A DNA stretch of 64,000 nucleotides from Bermanella sp. 47_1433_sub80_T6 (GCA_002162985.1 MAAD01000043.1:637-64636), one strand, 5' to 3'. Numbered from the stretch's first letter, positions 8,969 through 20,367 are shown. Translations and numbers: made by a program. The notes: a model not told the origin generated them from the letters alone.

Positions 8969-9748
8969 ATGTTGGCTTTTATACAGATGCACCACGTGGC
9001 GTTTAATACCATATTGATGAAAGAAATACGCCGCTTCATGCGTATTTGGCAGCAAACCCTGCTGCCCCCGGCTATTACTATGACCCTGTATTTCATTATT
9101 TTTGGCAGTCTAATTGGTTCGCGAATCGGTGAAATGTCGGGCATCAGTTACATGTCTTTTATTATGCCGGGATTAATCATGATGTCGGTGATTAATAATG
9201 CCTATAGTAATGTGTCCAGTTCATTTTTCAGCAATAAATTTCAACGCAGTGTCGAAGAATTACTGGTGGCGCCATTACCAAATAGCGTCATCTTGGGTGG
9301 CTTTGTATTTGGTGGTGTGGCGCGCGGATTGATGACCGGCATTATTGTCACCGGCGTTGCATTATTTTTTACCGATGTGACGGTGTATAATTTTTGGGTA
9401 TTAAGCAGTGTGGTTTTTTTATCCTCCATTTTGTTTTCTTTGGCGGGTTTCATCAATGCCTTATATGCCAATAAATTCGACGATATCAGCATAGTCCCCA
9501 CTTTTTTGTTAACCCCATTATCTTACTTGGGTGGCGTGTTTTTTAGTACGGATTTACTGCCGGGTCAATGGCAGCTGGTGTCACAACTTAATCCCATCTT
9601 GTATATGGTGAACGGCTTTAGATACGGCATGTTGGGAGTGAGTGATGTGAACTTAGTCACCTGTTACACCATTTTAATTAGCATTATTTTTATTTTATTT
9701 TATATCGCAATGCGACTGCTGAATCGCGGTAAAGGAATTCGCCCATGA
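8969..9748 (+). CDS. yadH: ABC-2 permease (YadH-like)
   Basis: KEIRRFMRIWQQTLLPPAIT, FDDISIVPTFLLTPLSYLGGVF. Confidence 0.92.
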   Translation: MLAFIQMHHVAFNTILMKEIRRFMRIWQQTLLPPAITMTLYFIIFGSLIGSRIGEMSGISYMSFIMPGLIMMSVINNAYSNVSSSFFSNKFQRSVEELLVAPLPNSVILGGFVFGGVARGLMTGIIVTGVALFFTDVTVYNFWVLSSVVFLSSILFSLAGFINALYANKFDDISIVPTFLLTPLSYLGGVFFSTDLLPGQWQLVSQLNPILYMVNGFRYGMLGVSDVNLVTCYTILISIIFILFYIAMRLLNRGKGIRP

Positions 9749-10578
9749 ACAAAGATGACTTGTTGTTAGGTAAAGAAACCCAGTACGCCTTTACCTATGA
9801 TAACTCCCTTATCTTCCCTATCGAGCGCACCGGTAACCGTGGGCGATTGAATATGCCGGTAAAAAAAGTCCATGGTGAACTGCCTTTTTTTGGGCAGGAT
9901 GTGTGGACTGGGTATGAACTATCCTGGTTAAACCTTAAGGGCAAACCGCAGGTGGCCATCGCCGAGTTTGTCATACCGGCTGACTCCACCAGCATAGTGG
10001 AGTCAAAATCTTTTAAACTATATCTAAACAGTTTTAATAACACGCGACTGGAAAGTATCGAACAGGTGAAAACCAGGCTACAGCAAGATTTGTCGGCGGG
10101 GTTTGGCGCTCAAATAGAGGTGACTTTATTTACGGTGGATGCCTTTCCATTGGTGAATGCCAAGCTGGGCGAAAATATCGATGATTTAGATATCGAGGTA
10201 AAGGACTTTGAGCCCAATGCCTCATTGTTGCAGGTAAATCCTGCTCATTTAACGTCACAAACCCTAAACAGCCACTTATTAAAATCCAATTGCCCGGTAA
10301 CCGGCCAACCGGATTGGGCCACACTGGTGGTGCAATATAAGGGCACTGAAATTGACAGGGCGTCGTTGCTGAAATACATCATTAGCTACCGTAATCATGA
10401 TGATTTTCACGAACACTGCGTAGAGCAAATATTCTGCGACCTGTGTCAGGCCGGGGACTTTGAAGAGCTGGTCGTCACCGCACGTTATACGCGCCGCGGC
10501 GGGTTAGACATCAACCCTACACGCAGTTTAAAACCCTTGATGGAGGATGATGTGGTCGGTCGCTTGGCCCGCCAATAA
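9745..10578 (+). CDS. queF: NADPH-dependent 7-cyano-7-deazaguanine reductase (bimodular)
   Basis: ELSWLN, ESKSFKLYLNSF, SNCPVTGQPDW, FHEHCVE, RYTRRGGLDINP. Confidence 0.96.
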   Translation: MNKDDLLLGKETQYAFTYDNSLIFPIERTGNRGRLNMPVKKVHGELPFFGQDVWTGYELSWLNLKGKPQVAIAEFVIPADSTSIVESKSFKLYLNSFNNTRLESIEQVKTRLQQDLSAGFGAQIEVTLFTVDAFPLVNAKLGENIDDLDIEVKDFEPNASLLQVNPAHLTSQTLNSHLLKSNCPVTGQPDWATLVVQYKGTEIDRASLLKYIISYRNHDDFHEHCVEQIFCDLCQAGDFEELVVTARYTRRGGLDINPTRSLKPLMEDDVVGRLARQ

Positions 10579-10626
10579 TCCAACTTCTGGCAGTGGCGAA
10601 CTCTGTTTCGCTACTGCACTTCCCCA

Positions 10627-11025
10627 TTACAATAAACTAAACAACCCCAAAGGGTGGTGGGTGCTGGCCACCGTCACCATAAACAAGACACAACACAAGG
10701 CGCCTGCAAAGTAACTGCGTTGCTGCATGGGCTGAGTACTCTTCATGGCCTTCATACCGAAAACAATATACCCCACCAATAACATTATCTTTACAGTTAG
10801 CCAGTGATGGCTGATGGGATACTGATGGATCAGTAGGGCCAAGCAGATGCCACTAATGAGCAACAGAGTATCAATAATATGGGGGGCCACTTTCAACCAC
10901 TTTGCCATCACGCGCTTGGAATTGGAAAGTTTCAAGGCACCGCGAATGATAAATAAACTAATGCTAATGGCCACCAAGGACAAATGGGCATGCTTGAGGG
11001 GTAGATACAGGTCAGAGACGTTCAT
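10627..11025 (-). CDS. SirB2-family membrane protein
   Basis: KHAH, PHIIDTLLL, WLTVK...YIVFG; four TM helices. Confidence 0.9.
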   Translation of the reverse strand: MNVSDLYLPLKHAHLSLVAISISLFIIRGALKLSNSKRVMAKWLKVAPHIIDTLLLISGICLALLIHQYPISHHWLTVKIMLLVGYIVFGMKAMKSTQPMQQRSYFAGALCCVLFMVTVASTHHPLGLFSLL

Positions 11026-11081
11026 TGTTTTCTCGTATTAGCTTTATGGCAAGGCTTGACATAGGGCTGCTCATACACTTA

Positions 11082-11100
11082 AATGATAATGATTATCAAT
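11082..11100. promoter_or_regulatory. Fur box
   Basis: AATGATAATGATTATCAAT, close to the Fur consensus; TTGACA at 11056-11061 just upstream. Confidence 0.8.
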
Positions 11101-11120
11101 TACTTGTAGGAGAATACACT

Positions 11121-11600
11121 GTGGCCAGCAAGCAAACCATTCAGGATGTACTCAACAAATGGGAATACTACACGCTACAGGCAGATGCTTGCTACCACAG
11201 AGGGGAATATAAAGAGGCGAGCCGACGGTTTAGCCGCACGGTTGAGCTGCTGGAGCCCTGGCTTGAGAAAGAGCATAAACAGCTATGGAAGGTGGTGCGT
11301 TTGTTTGTGATTTCTTGCCATAACAGTGCTCATGCCTCGAGCAAGTTTGGTCGTCATAAGGAGGCCGAATATTACTACAGCCATGCCCACTTTCGTTTGC
11401 TGAGTCTAATTGCTGCCAAACAGCATTCAGGAAACTTTATGGAGAAGACCCTCATTGAGCTGAGAGCGACTTTTTTGCAGTTAACCGATTATTTACTGGG
11501 TAAAAACAAGCAGGCATTGGCAGCCAGCATAAAAGAAGAAAGTGTGCGGGTGGTCCGTGTGTGTTATCTCAACCATCTTGATGATGTATTTACCGCCTGA
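11121..11600 (+). CDS. DUF2753-like helical protein (start reassigned to GTG 11121)
   Basis: AGGAG RBS before GTG; WEYYTLQAD, VISCHNSA, YYSHA. Confidence 0.7.
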   Translation: MASKQTIQDVLNKWEYYTLQADACYHRGEYKEASRRFSRTVELLEPWLEKEHKQLWKVVRLFVISCHNSAHASSKFGRHKEAEYYYSHAHFRLLSLIAAKQHSGNFMEKTLIELRATFLQLTDYLLGKNKQALAASIKEESVRVVRVCYLNHLDDVFTA

Positions 11601-11668
11601 GGTTTTAAAGCACTCTCCACAAAACCCGCATAAAGCTCAGTGGAGAGATACTAGTGAGTACAGATCGA

Positions 11669-11965
11669 TTAATAACAGACAGCGCCCATCTGGAATTCGT
11701 CGGCCTCAAAGTTAATATGGTATTGCAGGTTATACTTGGCTGTTTGTTCTAATAGTTCGTCACTGCTCATGCGGCTGAAGCGCTGTACTAACATGGCATG
11801 ATGAATCAGTGATATTTCTCGTTCACTTAAATCTTTTACCTCTTGGGCTTCAAATATATGATTTTGAATTAAAGTTCGGCGCCAGGCATCGGTGTCATTT
11901 TCATTGATCATAATTTGTTGAACGATGGTTATTACCATAGGATTAATAGTTTGCATGCACTGCAC
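11669..11965 (-). CDS. Hypothetical protein
   Basis: 98-aa ORF filling the gap, GAGG near the start; no family recognised. Confidence 0.55.
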   Translation of the reverse strand: MQCMQTINPMVITIVQQIMINENDTDAWRRTLIQNHIFEAQEVKDLSEREISLIHHAMLVQRFSRMSSDELLEQTAKYNLQYHINFEADEFQMGAVCY

Positions 11966-12270
11966 CTCGTCAGAAACCTTCTGTCAATGTAAAGGCCTAC
12001 ACCGAGCTAGGCTAGAAAAACACCGCCTTAATGCGCGAATAATCTAACGCCATTATTTAATGTGAATTTAAGTTTAATCACTTAATCCACTGGTTATTTT
12101 GTACTATGGTTTTACTCATATCTTTTGGAAATAAAAAAAGCTGCTTTTACGCCTAATCTTCGATTCAAGCGCGACACATTGCTTGATTTATAACTGGCTT
12201 CTTGGCTATATAAGAGCCCTCTTTGCAGGTATGCAGGGGGTATAAAACAACAAAAAAAGTGAGCTACACA

Positions 12271-12831
12271 ATGAAACGAATTGTAAGTCTATTATGTATT
12301 TCCCTGCTGAGCATCAGTGCAATGGCGGTGGAAGTGGCCGGGGTACAGATACCTGAAAAATTAGCTGCCCAGCAGCAAAGCCTATCCTTAAACGGTACCG
12401 GCGTACGCAGCAAGTTCTTCATGGATATCTATGCGGCAGGCCTGTACTTAACCGAGGCCTCCAAGGAAGCCAAGACCATCATAGCGCAAGATAAAGCCAT
12501 GGCATTGCGTCTGCATATTACCTCTGGATTGTTAAGTGGCGAAAAAATGGAAACCGCCACTCGCGAGGGTTTCGAGAAGTCCACACAGGGTAATACCGCT
12601 CCCATTCAGGGCACCATAGATGCATTTATCGCCAACTTTAAAGACGGTATTCAAGAGAACGACGTGTTTGATTTTGTGTATTCACCTGAGTCTGGTGTGA
12701 ATGTATTTAAAAATGGCGCGCTTAAGAGCACCATTAAGGGCTTGGAATTCAAGCAGGCGTTATTTGGTATTTGGTTGTCGGAAGATGCGGTACAGGACGA
12801 TTTAAAGGACGGTCTGTTAGGCAGTTTGTAA
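12271..12831 (+). CDS. Secreted chalcone isomerase-like protein
   Basis: Signal peptide; LNGTGVRSKFFMDIYAAGLYL; FKQALFGIWL. Confidence 0.9.
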   Translation: MKRIVSLLCISLLSISAMAVEVAGVQIPEKLAAQQQSLSLNGTGVRSKFFMDIYAAGLYLTEASKEAKTIIAQDKAMALRLHITSGLLSGEKMETATREGFEKSTQGNTAPIQGTIDAFIANFKDGIQENDVFDFVYSPESGVNVFKNGALKSTIKGLEFKQALFGIWLSEDAVQDDLKDGLLGSL

Positions 12832-12839
12832 AACCACTG

Positions 12840-12867
12840 AAACCTGCAGCCGAGGTTGCAGGTTTTT
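12840..12867 (+). terminator. Rho-independent terminator
   Basis: AAACCTGCAGC-CGAG-GTTGCAGGTTTTT between convergent genes. Confidence 0.75.
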
Positions 12868-12883
12868 CTTATTCTTGATTCTG

Positions 12884-15373
12884 TTAATGGCTTAACAACT
12901 TGCCCCACAATTTCACCTCACCCGTTGGATGTTTATCTAATTCGGTGACGGCGCAAAATTCCCCTGGTTCACAATACACTCCATCATAATCCAGGTCCGA
13001 GCTGGCTTGAATGGTTTGCCCTGTAGTTAAGGTGGGAACATATGCCTGCCAATCACTGCCTTGTTTGGCGGCTCGCCTCATTGGACCATCATAGGTTTCA
13101 TCACTTAGGGTTAGATACAAGTGTTGCAAAGCTGGCGAGGGCGGTTGAGTGTTTTTGCCATGAACGTTAATCACTAGATGGTGGCCTTCAATGCTGCTTA
13201 GGATTAAAGTCTGGGGTTGATCAAGAGTGCGCCTGGCACGAATTTCAAGGGTATCTTTGTTCATTGAAACTTCCAGGTAGCTCGCTTCATAATCCAGGTT
13301 CAGTTCATGAATGGGGTGCGGTCCTCTAAATGTGAGAGTAAGGGAGCGACTTTCATCCTTGTTTAAGAATATATCCTCGTGGTCGCTCCATACTTGTCCG
13401 TGATCCAGGGAACTGGTATCCAATAAATTCATCATCTTTTCAGTGTCCAGACTGCCCCAGCCTGTCATGAGTGAAAACCCTATGCCGTTTGTGTTCGAAT
13501 TGATCGAATGTTGGGATAGTAGGGCCTGTAACTCAAGGCTATCAAGGGCTGGCAAGCCACTGCGCAAGATGGCCAGTAGCGCGCTCACGTGGGCGCTGGC
13601 CATAGATGTGCCTGCCAGGTTGTGCCAGCTTGCCTGATATTCAGGGGTAAACAAAGTGGCTTGGGCGCCTAGCCCATAAATGCCCTGAGAACAGGAAACA
13701 TCCAGGCACTGGCCACCTGGGGCCATTAAATCAAGGTAAGGGCCATGGTTGCCATATGAGGCAGCCTCTCCTTGCTGGGTCAGTGCCCCCACGGCGATCA
13801 CATGCTGGTACCCGGCAGGGAAATTCACCTGGGAGCGTGATTGATTGCCCGCCGCCGCCACCACGATAGCGCCACTGGCGATGACCGCATCCAGAGTGGC
13901 CTGTTCCGCGGCGCTGAACTGACTGCCGCCTAAACTTAAATTGATGATGTCGGCGGGTTTGTCCGGCAATCGTCCACTTTGATTATCCAGGCCAGCGGCA
14001 TAACGTAAGGCCTGAATCATGTCAAAACTGGTGCCACCGTTTAAGCCTAATACGCGTAACGGCATGATTTCTACTGCCCAGGCCAGTCCTTGAACCCAGG
14101 GAGTGGCAGAGCCGGGTTTCGCAGGTTGTGCGGCGATGATGCCGGTGATGTGGGTACCATGAAAGCTGGCTAGACTGTCTCCCGGGTCTTCGGGGTTGTC
14201 GTCCCAGCCATCACCATCGCCACCATTGACCGGATCGGATACAAAGTCATATCCACTGTGACGTGGTAGGCCTTGCAGGTTAGGGTGTTGTGAAAAAATG
14301 CCCGTGTCTAACACGGCCACGGTGATATTTTCACCGGGTGATTGTCCGCGTGTCTTTAATGGCTGCCACAGGTTGTTTATTTTCTGCAGCGTCAGGGGCC
14401 ACTGCCAACTTGTTGTCTGGCTTGATACATTCGATGCTTGGCGGTAATAATTAAGGCTCACGTTGCGCACATTGTCCCGTCTTGAAAACAAATCACGGGC
14501 CTTAATAAGATTGCCTTGGGGTAACTGAGCCAAACGCTTGTCGTTGAGGTCGACCAATTCCGGTTGTGCTTGGTCTTGCCAGGTAACAATCAATTTTCCC
14601 GGCTGATAATTTGAATGTTCACCCGGTACCGTTTTATTGATGCTCAGTAAATAGCGGGCAGTTGTCTGTGCCTTACCAAGAGACAGGCTCAACTGATATT
14701 GGCCACTGCCCAAAGACTGAGCGGGTAGGGTGAGAGAGCTGGTTTGCTGAGGGTGGTAAGTCACCAGGCTTTTGTCGTCGCGAGTAAGCTCAATATCCAG
14801 GCTACCGTTTATTATTTGCAGGGTGATTTCATCTGAGTAATCAAGCTTAAAACGGTAGCTATCTATCAGATCTCCTTGCTGGCATAAACGTCCGCCCTGA
14901 CAAATGTTTTTTTCGATTAAAAACCCACTCAAGGTGACCGGAGTGTCTATGATTTGCGGGGTGTGATCGTTTCTGGAGAAGGGCAGGTTAGGGTCATTAT
15001 GGTCGCTGTCGATGGTAAAGGGTTGCTGGGCACCTATGTGTAGTTGATTATTATCTCCGGGAATATGTACCTTTATTTCTTCACGGATGGTTTGCCCTTG
15101 CTCGCTGTATTCCAGGCTGGCTAAATACAGGCCGGGACTGGCATACATGTGCTGTAGGGTATTGCCTTGTGCGTGATAGCCGTCACCAAAATCCCATTTT
15201 AGGCTGTCGGGTATGGTTTGGGAAAAGTGTACAGAAAACTGCACATTAAATATCTGCGCGCCATTGTCCACCGATACTTGTACCTCAATCTCTTTAGAGT
15301 CTTGAGACAAGTTCGAATCGTAGCAGCCCGTTATGAGTGAGCAAAAGATACTAATAGCCAAGAGGGCTTTCAT
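12884..15373 (-). CDS. S8 (subtilisin) serine protease lipoprotein with PKD domain
   Basis: Lipobox LITG-C; PKD WDFGDG; triad VLDTG / HGTHITG / GTSMAS. Confidence 0.9.
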   Translation of the reverse strand: MKALLAISIFCSLITGCYDSNLSQDSKEIEVQVSVDNGAQIFNVQFSVHFSQTIPDSLKWDFGDGYHAQGNTLQHMYASPGLYLASLEYSEQGQTIREEIKVHIPGDNNQLHIGAQQPFTIDSDHNDPNLPFSRNDHTPQIIDTPVTLSGFLIEKNICQGGRLCQQGDLIDSYRFKLDYSDEITLQIINGSLDIELTRDDKSLVTYHPQQTSSLTLPAQSLGSGQYQLSLSLGKAQTTARYLLSINKTVPGEHSNYQPGKLIVTWQDQAQPELVDLNDKRLAQLPQGNLIKARDLFSRRDNVRNVSLNYYRQASNVSSQTTSWQWPLTLQKINNLWQPLKTRGQSPGENITVAVLDTGIFSQHPNLQGLPRHSGYDFVSDPVNGGDGDGWDDNPEDPGDSLASFHGTHITGIIAAQPAKPGSATPWVQGLAWAVEIMPLRVLGLNGGTSFDMIQALRYAAGLDNQSGRLPDKPADIINLSLGGSQFSAAEQATLDAVIASGAIVVAAAGNQSRSQVNFPAGYQHVIAVGALTQQGEAASYGNHGPYLDLMAPGGQCLDVSCSQGIYGLGAQATLFTPEYQASWHNLAGTSMASAHVSALLAILRSGLPALDSLELQALLSQHSINSNTNGIGFSLMTGWGSLDTEKMMNLLDTSSLDHGQVWSDHEDIFLNKDESRSLTLTFRGPHPIHELNLDYEASYLEVSMNKDTLEIRARRTLDQPQTLILSSIEGHHLVINVHGKNTQPPSPALQHLYLTLSDETYDGPMRRAAKQGSDWQAYVPTLTTGQTIQASSDLDYDGVYCEPGEFCAVTELDKHPTGEVKLWGKLLSH

Positions 15374-15523
15374 ACAACTTATTTGAATGCCGTTTCATTA
15401 AATTCCTAATCTTAAGGTTAATGCAGAATTTGGAATTGGTTTTTTAAAACCTAGAATTAATTAAGCGGCTAGAAGGCTGTTTTATAGCGAAATTAAATAT
15501 GGAAACTGAAGAAAGGCGGGAAT

Positions 15524-17188
15524 TTAGTGCCACTTAAGCAGAGTGTTTTTTAAAACCTCCATGGTGATGGGTTTGGAAAGAAAGTCATTCATGCCGGCAT
15601 CGTAACATTGTTTTTGTTCCTGGGCGGTGGCCCCCGCGGTGAGTGCGATCACCGGTAGTTCATTCAGCTCGGGTTTGTCGCGAATTATTTTAGTGGCTGC
15701 AAAGCCATCCAGAATGGGCATCTGGCAATCCATTAATATCAAATCATATTTTTTAAGATCCATGGCATCCAGGGCTTGCTGGCCATCATCGCAAATTTCA
15801 TATTGGTAGCCTAAGCGTTTTAGCATGGCCCCCACCACCATTTGATTGGTGCGGTTATCTTCGGCCACCAATATGCAAATTTGATCGTTAGGGCGTTTGG
15901 TTTGTTGGTGCTCATGCTCGGGGGCTTGTTGGGGGTGGCTGCCCTTTTGTAGGGCCAGGGTAAAAGAAAATGTTGACCCTACATTGATTTCACTGGTCAC
16001 CTGTATGTGGCCTCCCATCAACTCAACCAGACGTTTACTGATTTGCAGGCCCAGTCCAGTGCCACCGTACTCACGAGTGGTGGACGAATCTACTTGAGTA
16101 AAGGCTTCAAATAACAGCTTTTGTTTGTCTTGTGGGATGCCTATGCCGCTGTCTTTCACATTGAATTGCAATACCAGGTTGGGTTCCGGGTTGACCAGGT
16201 TAATGGTGAGTTCGATGGTGCCCTTGCTGGTAAATTTAATGCTGTTACTGATGAGGTTAAGTAATATTTGTTTGATACGCAGTGGATCACCTAGCAAATA
16301 CGGGGGGATGCTGGGATCAATATGGATATTAAATTTCAAGTCTTTACTGTTTAGTTGCACGATAAACAAATGATGTAGGGATTGGCAATTTTCGCTCAGG
16401 GAAAAATCAATACTTTCTAATTCCAGTTTACCGGCTTCAATTTTTGAGAAGTCCAGAATGTCATTGATGATGGATAGCAGGGCCTCCCCCGAGTCGTGAA
16501 TGGTGTTGACATACTGTTCTTGAGTGTCGCTCAGTTTGGTTTCCCCCAAGATATCGGCGATGCCTATGATGCCGTTTAGCGGGGTGCGGATCTCATGGCT
16601 CATGTGGGCTAAAAATTGCGACTTGGCGGCAGATGCAGCGGCTGCGGCCTGGGTTTCCTGTTCGGCTAACATGATTTGTTTTTGCAATTCTACCGCGTGG
16701 CGAATGTCCCGATAGGAGCGCAGAGCATTGAGCAGGGTCATGCGCAATTTGTGGGCGGTGAGGTCGGTTTTGCTCAGGTAATCGTTAATGTCGTAATCTT
16801 GAAAGACCGATTCTTCCGGAGCCGCGCCCGGTTGGCCGGTGCGTATCAGCAAGCGCACTTCATTGTTGTTAAAGTTATTGCGAATATGATTCACCAATTC
16901 CAGGCCGGCGTTGTCGGTTTCCATGACCACATCTACCAAGGCTACGGCCACATTATCGTGGGCCTCCATGTAGCTAATGGCTTCTTTGGCGCTCATGGCG
17001 CTGGCCAGACGAATAGGACAATTCTCAAAGGTAAAGCCGCGCAGTACCATTTTGGTTAATTGGTGAACGTATTCATCGTCATCCACCACCAACACTAAAT
17101 ACTCTTTGCCATCAGCCTCTTTTGGAGGGGGGGAAGGGGGCTTGAGTTTAGGTTCGTCGCTGAACAACAGCTCATTACCTGAGCTCAT
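15524..17188 (-). CDS. Cytoplasmic hybrid histidine kinase REC-HisKA-HATPase-REC
   Basis: VLVVDDD..LVDVVME; [12 protein letters not shown]; [10 protein letters not shown]; GGTGLGL; LMDCQMP. Confidence 0.92.
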   Translation of the reverse strand: MSSGNELLFSDEPKLKPPSPPPKEADGKEYLVLVVDDDEYVHQLTKMVLRGFTFENCPIRLASAMSAKEAISYMEAHDNVAVALVDVVMETDNAGLELVNHIRNNFNNNEVRLLIRTGQPGAAPEESVFQDYDINDYLSKTDLTAHKLRMTLLNALRSYRDIRHAVELQKQIMLAEQETQAAAAASAAKSQFLAHMSHEIRTPLNGIIGIADILGETKLSDTQEQYVNTIHDSGEALLSIINDILDFSKIEAGKLELESIDFSLSENCQSLHHLFIVQLNSKDLKFNIHIDPSIPPYLLGDPLRIKQILLNLISNSIKFTSKGTIELTINLVNPEPNLVLQFNVKDSGIGIPQDKQKLLFEAFTQVDSSTTREYGGTGLGLQISKRLVELMGGHIQVTSEINVGSTFSFTLALQKGSHPQQAPEHEHQQTKRPNDQICILVAEDNRTNQMVVGAMLKRLGYQYEICDDGQQALDAMDLKKYDLILMDCQMPILDGFAATKIIRDKPELNELPVIALTAGATAQEQKQCYDAGMNDFLSKPITMEVLKNTLLKWH

Positions 17189-17312
17189 TTAACTCTCCCT
17201 GAAACATATCTTTGTTTGAGTATAGCCCTTGCCCCATAAAATTGGATTTATATGGAGAGTATTTTACGGGCTGTTTATATGAAAAAGGGCATTAAAGCTG
17301 ACTGGTATATTG

Positions 17313-20234
17313 CTATTGGTTGTTAAAACTTGGAGCCCATTTCTGTATCAGGGTATTGAGTTTGCTGAATGAATAGGGTTTGCCCAGAAAGTCATCCATG
17401 CCCGCCGTCTTACAGTTATCTCGGTTTTCGACCGTGACATCGGCGGTGAGTGCGATGATGGGAATCGAATTGGGTGGCTGCTGACATTGTATTTGGCGGA
17501 TTTTTTGGGTGGCTTCCAGGCCGCTCATGCCAGGCAACATACAGTCCATTAATATGAGTTCAAAGTGTCCTTGTTGGTAGTCATCGATGCACTGCTCCGC
17601 ACTTTTTGCCCAGTGTACTCGGCAACCTATGTCTAACAGGTATTGCTCCAGGACCAGGTAGTTAATTTCATTGTCTTCCACCACTAAAATGCTCAAGCCT
17701 GGGAATGATTTTTGTAATGGGTCGTTTCCCTGGCCGATTTTTTCATGTTCATGGCGGGCTACGGAGGCATGTTCTGTTTCTGACCCAGGGTATATAAAGC
17801 GCGACAGTTGCTCGGCCAATACCGGTTTGTTGGCAAAATGCTGAATGCCTAAATACCTTGCTCTTTCACTGATGTCCAAGTGCTCGCTGGATGACAGCAT
17901 TAATACCTGACAATTTTCCGGGAGGTGGTGCCGACACTGCATGAAAAATTGCAGGCCGTTCATTTGCGGCATCATGTAGTCCATGATCAGATAGTCCAAG
18001 GGGTGATGTTGGGCCTGCAGGCTCTTGATGTGGTTCAGGGCTTCAACCGGACTAAAAAAGTAGAGGATGTTCAATTGCCATTTATCTAAAAAGCTGCCAA
18101 TCACATCATGATTTATTTGAATGTCATCCAGTAGTAGCAGGGTTTTGCCCTTTATTTGGTTGATGACTTTGCTTTCATGGGTCAGGTTCTGTTTGGTGGT
18201 GCAGGTAATGGCAAAATAGAATTCACTGCCCTGTTGCGCGCTGGAGGTGAGTTGAATATTGCTGCCCATAAGCTCGGCCAATGATTGGCACAAGTTTAAA
18301 CCTAATCCTGTGCCCCCAGGATGTTGCTGGTCGAGACCCGCCTGCTCGAAGGCGTTAAAAATGTTGGCCTGCTGGTCCTGCGCTATGCCCATGCCGCTAT
18401 CTTTTACGCTAAAAAATAACTGATGGTGATTTTTGCGTAAACGCTGTGAGTGACACGTGAGGCAAACGTAACCCTCTGAGGTAAATTTAATGGCGTTACT
18501 GATTAAATTTCCCAGTATTTGCGACAGTCGTATGTCGTCGATGAGGTAAAGCTGTTTGTCCAGTTCCTGAGTGTTTAATATCAAGTCCAGCTGTTTATGT
18601 TGTGCATTGGCCTGGTGATTTAATATAACTTGATTCAACATCTCATGCAGATTGCATTCTACTTCGTGCAGCTGTAATTGATTGCTCTCGATCTTGGAGA
18701 AATCCAAAATGTCATCAATTATGGACATTAATAACTGACCACTTTGCTCTATGGTATGGGTCATTTTTTTCTGGGCATCATTAAGCTCGGACTGATCCAG
18801 TAGCTCCGCCATGCCCAGAACCCCATTCATGGGAGTGCGAATCTCATGGCTCATGTTGGCCAGAAACTGACTCTTGGCCTGGCTGGCTTTCTGAGCCGAC
18901 AATTTAGCCTGTTGTAATCGAGTGCTCTTATCCATGAGGGTGTTTAAGGTGCGATTGTATTGCTGATTAATGAGTCCGGCTTCGGTGTCAGGATCGGTGG
19001 TTAATTGCTTGGTAAGGTCGGATGTTTGCTGGTGATAGCTCATGATACTTAGGAGCTCATGGAGGTCGCTGTTGGCATTGTGCTCCACAATATTTAGGCC
19101 TTGCTCTTCCTGTTGTGCATTAATGTTTAAGGCCAGCCCCAAAGCTTGAAAGATTTTTAAGGCGAACATGGTAATGGCAAATGACAACAATGCCACGGTC
19201 GCTACCAGGGCCAGCTGTGCACCGAAGTTCGCTTGTGGATTAACCAGAGGGACCATGAGTGTGCCTGTTAAACCTGCACCCAAGTGCACCGGTATAGCAT
19301 TTACCGCATCATCAATCTTGAATTTTACTAATAATTTATCCGCTAGCAGGTAGCTCACTACACCACCGCCAGAAAAAGCCAGGCAGCTCCATAAACCCAG
19401 TTGATCGATGGCGGCGGTGATGGCCACCAGGGCGGCTAAAACGGCATTAAGCAGTTGTTCAACACGTATGATGGCTCCGGGTTTGAGGATGCAGTAGAGC
19501 AAATAGACACTGCCACCAAATGCACCCGCCATGAAGGTAAGCAATAACACCGAAGGTGTATTGGGGTGGTAGTTGCCATAAGACCCTGCGTTAAATCCCA
19601 GCCAGCCGATCCATAAAAACAGGGCTCCTAGGGTGGCGGTGCTCATGTTGCTGCCGGTCATTCTTTTATTATGGCCATTTTCAAATCTATGGCGGCGTGG
19701 GCCAATGGCCAGTAAACAGGCCAGGGCAATCCAGCCGGCGCTACCGTGAATGATGCTGGCTCCGGCGAAGTCTCTGGCACCTAATACCTCAAGCCAAGCC
19801 CCAGGTTGCCAGGTCCAGCGTGCTAACAAGGGAAATATAAGCGTGGCGATCATAGCGCCCACTAATAGGTAGGCCTTAATGCGCATGCGTTCTGCCACGG
19901 CACCGGACACTATGGCGGCGACGATGCAACAGTAACAGGCCACGAGCAGAAACCTGGATAGTTCAAGAGGCTTATCTAATGGTCTGGAGGCTGCTTCGGC
20001 TAATACACTCTGGCCAATAAACTGACCGCTCATGAGCCAATAACCCAGCAGACTATACAGGCAAAAAACCAGGCATAAATTGGCCAGGGTTTTGGCGGCC
20101 ACGTTAACGCTGTTTTTATTACGAACCAGACCCGTTTCCAGGCAAAGGAGGCCAGCCTGCTGCAACAGGACCAGCAGGGCGCATATAAAAATCCACAGGG
20201 CATCCAGGTTTGCCGTGATCAATTTATTGTCCAA
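17313..20234 (-). CDS. Ammonium transporter (Amt)-histidine kinase-REC-REC fusion
   Basis: Amt motifs [42 protein letters not shown]; then [12 protein letters not shown], HATPase and two receivers (IMDYMMP, LMDCMLP). Confidence 0.9.
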   Translation of the reverse strand: MDNKLITANLDALWIFICALLVLLQQAGLLCLETGLVRNKNSVNVAAKTLANLCLVFCLYSLLGYWLMSGQFIGQSVLAEAASRPLDKPLELSRFLLVACYCCIVAAIVSGAVAERMRIKAYLLVGAMIATLIFPLLARWTWQPGAWLEVLGARDFAGASIIHGSAGWIALACLLAIGPRRHRFENGHNKRMTGSNMSTATLGALFLWIGWLGFNAGSYGNYHPNTPSVLLLTFMAGAFGGSVYLLYCILKPGAIIRVEQLLNAVLAALVAITAAIDQLGLWSCLAFSGGGVVSYLLADKLLVKFKIDDAVNAIPVHLGAGLTGTLMVPLVNPQANFGAQLALVATVALLSFAITMFALKIFQALGLALNINAQQEEQGLNIVEHNANSDLHELLSIMSYHQQTSDLTKQLTTDPDTEAGLINQQYNRTLNTLMDKSTRLQQAKLSAQKASQAKSQFLANMSHEIRTPMNGVLGMAELLDQSELNDAQKKMTHTIEQSGQLLMSIIDDILDFSKIESNQLQLHEVECNLHEMLNQVILNHQANAQHKQLDLILNTQELDKQLYLIDDIRLSQILGNLISNAIKFTSEGYVCLTCHSQRLRKNHHQLFFSVKDSGMGIAQDQQANIFNAFEQAGLDQQHPGGTGLGLNLCQSLAELMGSNIQLTSSAQQGSEFYFAITCTTKQNLTHESKVINQIKGKTLLLLDDIQINHDVIGSFLDKWQLNILYFFSPVEALNHIKSLQAQHHPLDYLIMDYMMPQMNGLQFFMQCRHHLPENCQVLMLSSSEHLDISERARYLGIQHFANKPVLAEQLSRFIYPGSETEHASVARHEHEKIGQGNDPLQKSFPGLSILVVEDNEINYLVLEQYLLDIGCRVHWAKSAEQCIDDYQQGHFELILMDCMLPGMSGLEATQKIRQIQCQQPPNSIPIIALTADVTVENRDNCKTAGMDDFLGKPYSFSKLNTLIQKWAPSFNNQ

Positions 20235-20367
20235 ATAGTATTAAAAATTAGAAGGCTATCCTAAGCATAGAATAACTTTGGCAAAGCCTAGAGCTTTTGC
20301 CAGTGATCACGGGGGGGAATGGTGGCAAAGGACAGGCCTGAGTGGGGAACTCAGGCCCTGGTATGAG

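Noticed and set aside
20235-20367. Possible sigma54 promoter for Amt-HK (TGGCAA)
   Set aside because: No TTGC at -12; the sequence is part of an inverted repeat
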